A stretch of DNA of 63,151 nucleotides, the filler included, from Kipferlia bialata (Eukaryota): the NCBI GenBank assembly GCA_003568945.1. It is 4 parts of 4 records of this genome, joined end to end, with 100 filler letters (N's around TTAATTAATTAA, not from the genome) between each part and the next. Parts side by side here need not be neighbours in the genome. Positions count along the whole stretch, not along the records: positions 1 to 15,725 come from BDIP01000675.1; positions 15,826 to 31,549 come from BDIP01000676.1; 2 more parts are not named here. The stretch is one strand, 5' to 3'. The position numbers and the translations under genes are program-made. The notes beneath the pieces are model-generated. The model ran no database searches. It was not told the origin of the DNA and saw nothing but the letters and a program-made list of their open reading frames with translations. Positions within the stretch are counted from its first letter, which is position 1. Every line of letters starts with the position of its first letter. Below are positions 10,240 through 22,500 of this stretch, piece after piece.

Positions 10240-13200
10240 CTACAGCTTGTGCCCCATCCCCTCCAACCCCTTCCTGACCCTCTTGGGTAGTGCCTCACTA
10301 GCAGATGGGTCTAGGGATGCATACCCACGGGAGAGCAGATAGGCATTGTAGCTGGTGGGTACATACTCAAGCAGCGTGTCAATTGCTTCACACACACCAG
10401 TCTCGGGGGTGTTCCCCCTGGCTGATACAGTCGGTGTATCATACAGCACTGCAGAGGTGTTGAGGGATGGGTTACCTCCCTCCACCCCGCATAGCAATGC
10501 GCTAAAGGTCATGTCCTCCCCCACCCCCTTGAACAGCCTGTCCAGCACCTCAGGGTCGGTGACACTGACCCCAGCCAGGGTGCATCTAACAGCCCTAGGG
10601 GGGTGTCGGAAGTAGCATAACGGGGGGCATCGGTAGAGATAGGAGGGTGGAATGGAGTGGACATGACCACTGTACAGTGACAACACAGATACGTGGCTGG
10701 GAGGGGTCGATTCTGCACTGTTTGCACTGTCTGTACTAGTATCTCCTGGCACCTTCCCAACCCTTGTGACAATACCACGTACCAATCTGTCTCGTGTCCC
10801 CTCACCCTCGCCAACCCTCTCTCTCAAGCACACAAACTCTCTCTCCCTCAAAGGCTCAGGGGGAGTGCTATAGCTACCAACTAAGGCATCGCTCTCAAGC
10901 ATACTCTCCTGCCTCACACTCTCCTCCTCATCCATCTCTCTCTCCAACACAAACACACACCCGTCAGCCTTGGACCCCTTGGGCGGTGTCTCCACACGCA
11001 CCTTACCCCTGATAGAGACAGGTGTGGTACCACATCCCAGGCACAGGTGCAGGAGAGAGGGTATGATGGCAGAGAGGGAGTGGATGCCGACCCTCAGCTG
11101 GGCAGCCCTCTGTGCTGCCTGAACATACACCCCTCCCATACCCTCAGGCACTCTATGGGACACAAGGGAGGCTAGGCCTACTGCTAGGAGGCACCTTCCA
11201 AGGTCAAGGGAGGTGTCCGGGGAGAAGGGGGTGTTGGAGGAGGTGGTAGAAGGAGAGGGGGATGGAAGGTGGACAGGCCGTGTGGGGGTGAAGGAGAGGG
11301 ATGCCAGAACACCTCCACCCCTGTCGAAGGAATGGAACCTGGCCTTGCAGACCTGGGTTAGAGACAAAGTATACTCACACACATACATGCTGTATCTATA
11401 TGCAGTATATATAACCATATTATACCTGCTGCAGCACCAGGCCTCTGCTATACTCCATGGACTGGGCAGAGAGGGGGTCGTTGTCACTAGGGGGTCAGAG
11501 AGAGAGAGAGACACAGACACAGTCCCCCATACGGAAAGAGAGACATGATGACGCATACACATTGCAGGGAAGATACTCATAGGTACATACCGTGTATTGG
11601 GAGTCATGACCCCAGCCAGCGACAGAGACACCACTGTCTTGGTATCCAGACAGTAGAACCTCAGGCGGTGACCACTCACAACCTAGGGGGTGAGGTATAT
11701 ATATAGAAAGAGAGAAATAAAGAGAGCGTTGGATTAGTAACACAAATTCATTCAATGACACAATAATTGAAGCTTAATCATAGCATGTGAACAATAAAGA
11801 ATTACAGTATACTTGCCGTACCTGCACCACCACTCCCTCGACCTCCCTCCCCCTGTACCTCTCAACTAGCTGCTTGGCTGTGTCTACACTGGGGTGCACT
11901 GCCAGGTTGGTGATCCCGGGCTGGGGCCACTCGACAGTCCTGGGGGTAGGGGTATATATATATATAATAATATGTAAATAGAGGGTGATGGCAAAAGAAA
12001 GAGAGAGAGAGAGAGTATAGCACACAGTCACACTCCACCCTTCTAGCCTTAGCCCATATTATACAGCATATACTATACTTTGTATATATAGCTTCCCACC
12101 TTGCCTTGGCCAGGATGTGCTGAGGGGCATCCTTGTTACACCTGGGTGAGTACACTTGCATGGTTATCTTACAAGAAGTGAATGGGGATCATACTAACGA
12201 CATACCTCACGTAACCTCTTCCTGCCAGCACTGCAGCGAGGTCTGACCCATCTGGGGTATGGACAGAGGCACACACAGAGGTGCCAGTCTGGGCCTGGGG
12301 TGGGTATCACACATAGTACTTATGAATATACATGTGCATATACCCGGTAGGTACCGATCTATAACACGCTACGTGAAAGGGTAATAGACATATAATACAA
12401 ATAAATGAGACTATCTCTATACCTCTGCCTTATGCATCCGGCCAACGATGACAATATACATACATACATACATACAATCCGATCCCTGTATACCTCAGCG
12501 TTGTGGACCCTAACCACTCTGCCCATGATGAGACGGGACATGGCTACAAGGCCAGGGACAGCACCTTTGCATAAGATGTATAAGAGAGAAAGAGAGAGGA
12601 GTGGATACATAGAGAGAGAGGGCGAGACAGAAGCGACTGACCTGGCTCACTCTTGTCGAGGTGCTGCCTCCTGCCCAACTTCCTGGGGGGTGAGTCGGGG
12701 TAATAGATTACAGTGCTAGATGACTAGTATTGCTAGTGTGAACATATGGCCTAGTACACAACTACATACCTCGGTGTCACATGCTGCAGTGCCACTCTGA
12801 TCTCCCTAGACCCTTCTCCACCCACCCTGTCTGCACATAGAGTGGGGGGTAGGGGTAGAGGGAGAGCCACACCACCACAACCATCAGCCTCAGCCTCTCT
12901 AAGAGCAGGAGTATCCCCCTCTACTTCCCCTTCGGTGTCCGTCTCGCCCTCTGTCTGGGGCATGGGCCTTACAAACAGCACCCCTGTGTTGACAATCTCA
13001 GTCACTAGGGCATCGTAGGACGGGCGGCAGATGGAGTCTGAATGCAACTGCTATGAGATATCGAATATGAATATGTGTATATATATATACATGAGAGACA
13101 CACAGAGAGAGAGGGCATCGTAGGAGGGGCGGCAGATGGAGTCTGAGTGGAGCTGGGGTAAATACTGAGAGAGAGAGAGGGAGAGATGGTAGCAGGTGTA

Positions 13201-15081
13201 GAGTACAAACTACTGTATCCACTTGAACACCCACCATCTCCCCCTTGGCCTGCGCCTCTGCTAGTGCCCCCCTCAGCGTCTCTCCACTATCTGGCAACAG
13301 AGACCCACTCCAGGGGACATAGAGACCAAGACCGGCCCTTAGGGGTGAGCTTACAGTTCTTACACGATACGATATATCCTTACAGGAAGTGTAGTTACCT
13401 AAGTATGTGCTCTGCTATGTCTCTGCCTGCACTCGATGCAATCTGGCCCACAAGCACACCACCTGCATCTACCCCGCATACAGAGACAGACACATCACGC
13501 TGGAGTATACGGGACTCCTATCATGAGAGAGAGATAGAGAGAGAGAGAGACATCATCGAAGAGAGAAGGCGAAAGAGAGTGAAGCAATAGAGGGGAAGAG
13601 AGATAGCACGTACCACAAACCACTTGGCTGCTTCTGCATAGGCCTCAGCCTCTCTAGGGCCCTCCTCAGCCTTGCCTGTCCATCTCGGACACCTGCGAGT
13701 TAGCAGGGACAGAGAACCGCGAGATATGTAAATATATAGGAATATACATATAGACAGAGAACCGCGAGATATATACATACATATGCAATCGACTCATTAC
13801 CTTACTCCAGCAAGAACAAAAGGCACCCTGATACCCCTCTTAGTCTCTCTCTCTCTCTCCGCCCCCTTGTGTGTGTGAGCACCTGGTGTGCCATCTGGGT
13901 ACAGTGTGATGTACATGTAGGAACCATCACGGACTGAAGTGAGGGGAGGGTAGGGAGAGAGCAGGAGAGAGAGAGAGAGTAGTAGAGAAATAGAGAGTGA
14001 GAGAGTAGTATCAGAACCTGACTCCACCACTGCAGGCTGCCAAATCAGACAGTGTATCACACATACACACACACATATAACTATGTATTTTATAGTATAA
14101 GGTATTCATATACACCCACCTGACTCCACCACTGCAGGCACTGCCCCCCGTGCAGTTAGCTTAGACAGCAAGGGACCTGTGTCCTTGGGACCAGCTGACA
14201 CGGGGTGGGCACCTGAGGGTGGGGGCATTCTGTGATGGACTCTTCTCTATATACACCATACCTGGATGGTGCCCTGCCCGGGTAGCAGGTGTCCAGACGC
14301 CCTTGCCAGATGCCTTGGCGGCCTGGGGGTTATGTACAGTTTGATCCATAGTATAGTACATATACTGGATTAGCTAATCCATTGCCATATAGACAATCTC
14401 CTTCTACACATGCACACACGTACCGCCTCTGCTGCCTCCAGTCTCTGGTAGAATGCAGTGCGGGGCTCCTCGGGGTACAGGCCCCTGGGGGTGAGAGATA
14501 CGCTATCCAACACTAACACGTACATATATAGTATAACTATACAAGAGCAATATGAAAAGGATCCTCGGGGTACAGGCCCCTGGGGGTGAGAGACACATAC
14601 TATACAGAGTATAACATAGACACTTTGTACACTTGGTATGTGATCCATTGTGAACACTGGTGTATGATGAACTCACTGGTGTTATACCCATACCTGAGTC
14701 TAGCGTATCCACTCCGCAGCAAGGCCTCGGCCACACACAGGGGGGGCTGGGGGGTGAGAGAGAGGTATGCATAGTATATGTAATATAGATATATGTATAC
14801 AATGTATGCACGTACCTTGTGTTGCCGCTGGAGCTCCACCTTGGCATAGTCCCTAGGGGGTGAGGTAGGTGTAGGGATATATATATATATATATGAAGGC
14901 GGTGAGGGGGATAGGTAGGAGATATGTACTAGGGGATATACTTGTATGCATCTTCACTAATAGAGGTTGAGGGTATTCACATACATGTATCCTTACCTCC
15001 CTATGCTGTCCACACTGAAGAGATGTGTGTACACGACTCTTCTGCCCACACACAGTCTGCGCAGATAGTCCCTGGGGGTAA

Positions 15082-15120
<39 letters not shown>

Positions 15121-15624
15121 TCTGGGCAGCTAGTCTGAGTATAAGCCGCACATGCACAAAGAAAGAGAGTGAGAATGAGAGTAATAATAAGAGTTGGGAA
15201 AGGGGGGGGGGGGGGATGCATAGATAGATACCTGCCGTGCCAGGCCCATGGGTCCGAGGACACCCCGGCTCTGCCACGGAGTAAGGGTGCCTAGGGGAAA
15301 GAGGGAGAGGGAGAGAGAGAGATGTGACAAAGTTAGAGTCAGGTATATCTATCAATCGAGAGAGAGCGAGAGAGTGAACAAGGGTGGCCAAGGACAGTCT
15401 CCTACCATTCATACTAGGTGTGTACAAGCTAAGCTAAGGAGAGAGTGTTTGTAACATTGGAACGATAGGCAATTGCGCGGATGAACGACAAACGAGCGGT
15501 TCCCATAGCTTACCCCCAGAACAGTATGTAGTATGGATACACACCTTGACATATGCGAGTGTGAGCTGTCTGACGGGAGGTACAGGGAGTGAGGAGGTGT
15601 GGTTGTAGATAACCAGAGTGTCCC
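10240..15624 (-). CDS. SND1: Tudor staphylococcal nuclease (Tudor-SN/SND1) homolog, multi-exon, 5'-partial
   Basis: SN-domain motifs GDTLVI..PPVRQLTLAYV, DPWAWHGRDYLRRLCVGRRV, VAEALLRSGYARL, AKASGKGVW, FVLAGVRCPR..EAYAEAAKWF, VVSGHRL..SLSLAGV. The C-terminal extended Tudor region has PPRAVRCTLAGV. Stop at 10240. Confidence 0.85.
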
Positions 15625-15725
15625 CTGGGGTAAGAGAAGAGAGACACCACAAAGCATACTATCAGAAGAACCAAAGAAGGATTGGGGGGGGGGGGGGGGC
15701 GTGACTGGACAGTGATCAGACATCT

Positions 15726-15825
15726 NNNNNNNNNNNNNNNNNNNNNNNNNNNNNNNNNNNNNNNNNNNNTTAATTAATTAANNNNNNNNNNNNNNNNNNN
15801 NNNNNNNNNNNNNNNNNNNNNNNNN
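15726..15825. other. Artificial scaffold linker (N44-TTAATTAATTAA-N44)
   Basis: Exactly 100 nt with a stop-in-all-frames core; identical to the two other linkers. Confidence 0.98.
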
Positions 15826-15831
15826 GGGGAG

Positions 15832-15865
<34 letters not shown>

Positions 15866-15923
15866 TAGAGAGAGAGAGAGCGAGAGAGAGAGAAGGTGTA
15901 GAGTGTACTATATAGTCTGCTAC

Positions 15924-16060
15924 CTCTCCTGAGTGCCTGTGGGATGGAGGGTGAGAGATAGAGGAGAGAGGGGGGGGAGAAGTAGTGTGTGTGTGTCTCA
16001 CCTGAGTGTCGTGGCATGGATCAGACCCGTGGTCCTCTTGCTGCACTTCTCACACACCAT
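15924..16060 (-). CDS. CRIPT: CRIPT-like cysteine-rich protein, 5' fragment (exon 16060-16002 and probable 13-nt micro-exon 15936-15924), cut by the scaffold end
   Basis: Begins MVCEKCSKRTTGLI, matching the conserved CRIPT N-terminus MVCxKC; followed by a GTGAG donor. Confidence 0.6.
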
Positions 16061-16439
16061 CGCTCACAGATACAGACCCCAAGAGTCTCAGAAGTCACTC
16101 GAGTGGACTATTAGTGTTCTGCGGGAAGGACAGGGAGAGTGAGGACTGAGAGAGAGGCGTCGCAGGCATTTCAGGCTCTGTGGAAAAAGGGCGCAGCAAT
16201 TCTGTTTTTGTTGTTTTTGTGTGAGATGGTAAGGGTGCGGCAAGCGAGTTGTATATTACTCCTAGCAGCCTCACTACTTGGCCTAGTATGATCAGTCTAC
16301 AGTTGGATCGCAAGGTGTGCCCTCTACAGCCATGGTCTGATGGGCTATGATGTCCCCCTCTCTCTAATCAGGAGCAAGAGAGGGAGAGAGACGGATAGAG
16401 AGAAGTGGTATCACTGAGGGACTGTATTGCCCCTTCACT

Positions 16440-16485
<46 letters not shown>

Positions 16486-16501
16486 TCTCCCTGGGCCGAG
16501 G

Positions 16502-19500
16502 ATGCACTGTGGCAGAGGGTGAGATGATACTATATACTATTTACTATATACTATATACTATATATGTATTGTGTATATAGGTGTATATGTGTATCCGAGG
16601 ATGCACTCTGGTCAGAGGGTGAGATACTACACATATATGTATTGTGTATATGTAGGTTGTATTATTGTTAAGGTGTAAAGGTGTAAAGGTTTTTACATTG
16701 TTGTGTATACACTGTCCATGGTGACAAGGTATGTGATGTGAACCCATATCTATACCCCCCCCCCCCCCCCCCCTCCCACCCCTCTATACCAGAAGATGTA
16801 CTCTATTCATTCTGTATACCTTCTGTTCATATTACATGTTCATGCCTAATACCAGCTCTGACCGGTCTGTCCTCCAGTACATATCAGCACAGGCACTCAG
16901 CACTGCACTGCTGCCAGTGACTAAGGTACATAGTATGTGTAGTATATATATTCTAATTGTGACCTAGGGGTTGATACAATACAACTAGATATACTTATAA
17001 TGTAAATCTCTATCACCATATATGTGTGTATGTATGTGTATATATGTATATATACAATATGTATGTAAACCTGCCCCCTCACCCCAGTACCGGCGACATG
17101 CTCCCCAGTCCATCAGTCCCCCAGTGCTACTAGGATACACATTCCTATCCAGTTGTGTTGTGTGTGTACTGCTGCATACCCATGAGATACCCAATGCTGC
17201 AAAGGGGTCTAGGGTTGCTAACAAAGGGTCTAGCAAGGATAGGAGAGAGGCAGAGAGGGGTGTGCAGTGTCTGAGGGCAGTTATGATGCAGGTGGAGAGA
17301 GAGGGGGAGAGAGAGAGTGGGTCTCCACCTGAGGTGCTCCATAGCATAGTGATAGCTGGAGAGGGAGAGGGAGAGAGAGAGGGAGATAGGACTGCGAGTG
17401 TGGCCTTCTGTCCTGACACCCACACTCTCTGTATAGCATATGCCTCTGGACTCCATCTGCACAGAGTGTCGATATCAACAGAGAGAGAGAGAGAGGGTGT
17501 GGCTACACAAGAGTGTATCGTCACCTCTACCCCCCTCCCTCTTCCCTTCCCCCATGATGTACTAGCCTTCACTGTTGGCAGTGTACATGTACTGAAGGGG
17601 GCAGAGGGAGAGAGAGCGATATGGAGACTGACACTGATGTTGGTACCTGAGAGTGTGGAGTCTCTTCGGTTTCTCTACTCTCTCTCTCTGTCTCTTCCAT
17701 CTGAGGATCAGTGGGGAGAGAGAGAGGATGGTGATGCAGAGGGGGAGAGAGGGATTGTCTGTGTTGACAGGACCAGTATCGTACCTCTCTGTCTGAGGGG
17801 AGAGTCAGAGGATGCCCCCCCTCCCTCCTCTCTCTCTCTACAGTCTGACAGTGGCCTACTCATTGTCTCCAGTGGGGTCTATGCCACTATTCACGGTGTA
17901 ACCTATGCTTCCCCTGCGGCACCCTCTCTGACTTCTCTCTCTCTACCTACTGGGGAGACTGAGAGTGTGGTGGGTAACATGCATGTAGGAGATGCATTTC
18001 CTGCTCTGCTTCAGCTGGGAGGGGCCTCTGTTACACCACCCCCTTCCCCTACACCCCCAAAGCGCTCAAATACAGGTATGGCATAATATGTAGTTGTTTT
18101 GCATTCCTATATACTAAGTACCCTATCACTGTCATCGCATTATGTCTGACTCACCATATATCTGGCAAGTCCAACCTAATGGACATCAATTCGATAGGAT
18201 ATGTAAATTTTATGATTGTTACTATCATCTATCCCCTAGACTTACGAGAGATGCATAGTATAGGTAATATATTTATGTATATACATATATATATGATCTG
18301 CATTTCTAACCCCAGGCACCATCCGCCGCATGATGAGTGACAGAGAGGGTCAGATGGGTAGGATAGGGGGTATGCTGGCATCCATAGGAGAGACATCACC
18401 ATGTGCCATACCAGCCGATGTCCCCCCCTGTGCCCCAACTCTACCGCTGGCTCCTTGTTACAAGGCATATGGGTTCATCCCCCAGTCCCTAGCCACCCCC
18501 CTCAAGACCTCTCTCCCCCTTGGCGTGTGTGATACCCCTCCCCCTGTCTCAGTGGTGGAGGCATGGGTGGGCTCTCTCTCTCTCTCCCTCAGAGTCCACT
18601 CTCTGCTGCCTTCCACTAGTCCCAGTGGGTCGGGTCCGTCCCACTCTCAGTGCCTCCACGGGCATACTATGAGAGCAGATCTCGATCTTTCCAGTGTGAT
18701 AAGTGATACATCCATGTGTGTGCATAGTATCAGGGTGGAGGCTGTGGGTGTGAAGCATGAGGCGGCTAGGAAGCAGTTCTCCGCTGGGGCTGCCAACTGG
18801 GTACATACCAGTGACAGCAGTAGTGACAGTAGTGACCTAGACTCTGATAGTGACTCTGACTCGGAGAAGAGAGAGAGGGAGAGGCAGAGGGAGATTGAAG
18901 AGGGGAAGCTGTTACGGGAGCAGTCTCGGTCAATCGTGGTGACTCGTGACACCCGGAAACTGGCACTTAGACACAGTGTCAAGGAGACAGAGAGAGAGAG
19001 AGTGGTGGTGCCTGGTGTGCGCCTTCCCTCCCTCGGAGGTGATGTCTGTCTAGTGAGTATGGACCCTGACTCTGAGTGTGTGTATAGGATACATATGGTA
19101 CTGGGTGCTGATGGGGAGGAGGGTGTCTCTCCCAGACATATGTGCATATCAGTGGACGTTGCCTTAGCTACTCTGTCGGTTATGTCCCTGCCTCCTACCC
19201 TGGCATCTAGTGTAACTCTGGCTCCCTTGCCCTCTGTTGCCACTGTCTCTCTGGTACATCCAATCAGTGTAGAGAGAGAGAGGGAGGCTGAGGTCACACT
19301 AGGACAGAGGGCACTGCCTGGATACCTAGTCACACTCGGCTCCTCAGTCAGCACTCCCTCATCCCCTGCTGCCGCGTATCTAGACATATGTACTACTTGT
19401 GAGAAGGGGTCTCCGCTCTCAGTACCTAGGAGGTTGCTGCTATCCACCCTTAAGGCAGGTAGTAGGGGTGAGGGGTCTAGAGACAGGGATAGGGATGTTC

Positions 19501-22500
19501 TCTCCCCTGACAGCATAGTCGGCTGGGAGGTTGTGTCAGTTGAGGCAGCCAATCCCACCATGCCGAGAAGGACCTCTCTCTCGCAGTCCTTCTCTCTTTC
19601 TGCGACATCCATTGGATCTCCTACCCGGTCACCACTCTCCGCCCCCTCTACCCAGTCCCTCGTGGTCTCTGTCCTGGTGTACAAGAGAGATGGGTCTGCC
19701 TTGCTTCTCAGCAATGCCAAGAAGAGTGCGGCTAGGAGGGGGTCCAGGGCAGAGCCGAGGGGTCTCTTCCCTCTGTCCTCGTCGGGGTCTTCTGATACCC
19801 TCTTCCTGGTTGACACACGAAGGTGTTTTGACAGGCACGACACACTGGGGTTGGGTGGATGTCTCTATCTCTCTGCCTCTCGGTCGATGCACACCACCAC
19901 TGTGTTCCGCAGTGGCAGTGTGGTATCACCTAGCAAGCATACGTGTGCTGGAGGGGCGTCTCCCCTTGGGGTTGTTGCGTCCTCTATCCTGTCAGCCGAT
20001 GGGAGGCATCTCCTGCTGAGACGCCTCTCCGTCTCTGAGAAGAGTGGGTCTCTGTCACTCACTGTATACCCTACCGCTAGGGTCTCTCTTTCTGCATCTA
20101 GCATTGCAGTCAACCATGGAAGTAGTATGGAGGTGTCTACACCGGCGACAGAGAACACCCCTCTCTACCGCATCAGACAGATTCTACCAGACACCTCAAC
20201 TGGTGGAGTGTATATCCTAGTCAACCAGGCGGTGTTCCGATCAGGTATATCATCCCTCTCTCTCAGTATATATAATGATTAGACATCATTGTATATCTCA
20301 AATATTTGGTCCAGCACTGCCCTCTTGCTCACTTCAGGTCCTTCTGGCCTGACTGGTACCACATCGAGTATTGAGTGCGTACATGAGGTAATGTAATTGT
20401 CAATATCTTCTTTCTCTCTTGTTATGCTATGTATAAGCTATGTCAGTATGTCCTTATATTCAGGTTGACTGTCTCCTGGCCACATGCCTCCACCCTGATG
20501 GGAGACTTCTCTCCTTGGTACTCCCTGACAAGAGAGAGTCCAAGTCTACCAAGACAGATAGTGAGGGTGATGTTCTGCTGTGCGTTGGAGATCTGCGTGA
20601 TGCAGTTACTGTCAACGTCACGTCTGCATTACCCAGTGAGGTTGCCAATACTCTTGTCAAGGCCCTTAGAGAGGGTAGTGAGTGTGTATCTATGAGGGCA
20701 GCTAATGCAGGTGTTGATGTAGTGACACAGACTGCTGGAGTACTGCATGTATCCATACCTACTCGCTCCCCAGCAGTGTCTGTGGGCGCATTGGTATCTG
20801 CATACAGGACGACAGATGATCCATCTGGTACACCTTCCGCTGCTCAGTCTGTGACAAGACATGACCTGAGTGTTCAGGAGGAGCTATTGCCCACTCTTGA
20901 GGACAGGTATGAATATATAGTGACTATATATTGATATATGAACTGTGTATATGCTTATCCCCCAGGTACTACCCTGCTCTATCTACGGCTGTCGACAGTA
21001 TGCAGAGAGATAGAGACACCGAGTCCATACGGCTGATGGAAGGTGACCATCTAGACAAGAACAGGGCAGATGGCACCCGTCTACTGTACAAGGACTCTGT
21101 CTTGTGGGATAGCCTTGGTGTGGCAGGGAGGATCCTGGGTCTATCTACTTCAGATAACACCACAGTTGTATCCACTGGTACTGGTGGTAAGGAGGCTGAG
21201 CCCCTCCACTTTACTCTCAACCCATCTCTGTCCGTATGGTTCCAGACCTACCGCTCTCTGAGTATGTCAATGGGTGGTGACATGACACCCCTACACCCCT
21301 GGGGCACACTTCCAATGATACTCAGACGGGCTGTGATGGCATATGCCTCCCTGCACCCACCTCTCCCCTCCCCGGCACTGTCGTCTAAGAAGAGCACTGT
21401 ACCCGTGGTGTGTGCTGATTCCTGTTCAGTCAGGCACAGTGTCAGTGTGGGCAATGCACTGTTAGCCTACATCCGCACCCTGCCCATTGCTGTGGACCCA
21501 GCGCTCCACCCAACCTTGCATACCTCCTATGAGGCACCATCCCTAGCTGCATTGGGGCAGCCTCTCTCAAGGTATGGGATTACCTATTTCATATGTATAT
21601 ATGTAAATTCATCATACTTCATGATATATGGGTGTGTTTTTGATACCAGGTTACTGCCTGAGGGTGCTGATGCCTTCACCGATGAGCTCTCTCTTTCCCT
21701 GGGTCAGACAGGGGACGAGTTCCCTGCTAGTACACATGCCACCTTGAGGGGCAGGACTCCCAACGTGGCAACAGCCTCCCCAATGATGTCGCCATTCCAA
21801 GCAGGTGAGTTAAGAATTACATGTATAGTACACTTCTACTTATAGTGTATTAGTGTCTCTGTAGAGTCTAACCTCTCCAACCTCAGGTGCCCCTGGTGCT
21901 TCCCTCCCTCCCCCTGTCCCCCTCAGTCTGTTCCTCAGTCTGAGAATGGGACTCTGGCTACCAGCATCCATACTCAAGGTATATATTCAAATACATACAT
22001 GTGCACGTATACTCTCAGTGTACGTACATCTGATGCATATCATTCATGTATATATTTAGTAATATTTATGTATTGACTGACCCCAGGCATACACCCTGAG
22101 CGTGTGTTCCTATGAGTTCAGTGTCAGCAGAGACCCAGATGCTGTGTCGCCTTTCCTGCTACTGCTCGGTACGTATGAATGCTATTTCTATTATGGAAGA
22201 TTCTTGATGTTCGCTTACTCCAGGTGAGCAGCGCAAGCTCTCTGGGATGTACAGAACCAAGCAGAACGGCAAGATTGCAGATTTCCTCCTGAGAGACTTC
22301 TCAGTCGACAAGAACCTGGTGGCTGCAAGGTATCTCACATGTTTGTAACACCTTGTCCTAGCAGTGCCTCATACTTATTTGTGTGTCTATACATCCATAC
22401 AAGCCAGGGTTGTTATAGGAAATGGTATATTCTAACCTCAGTAAGAATGCCTTCACAGTCCTTGGGAGAGGAGACACCATGAGAGCAGTAGGTACAAGAT

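Noticed and set aside
15726..15825. TTAATTAATTAA palindromic motif flanked by Ns, three times in the window
   Set aside because: Fixed 100-nt concatenation linker. The segments are size-sorted (15725, 15724, 15702, 15700 nt), so adjacency across linkers has no biological meaning.
15400..16060. CRIPT exons as the missing 5' end of Tudor-SN
   Set aside because: They lie on different scaffolds across a linker, and the sequence matches a different family.
18647..19843. 398-aa antisense ORF, plus most other short ORF-track entries
   Set aside because: These are shadows of real exons or translations of TA/CT microsatellites (YIYI, LSLS) with no family motifs.
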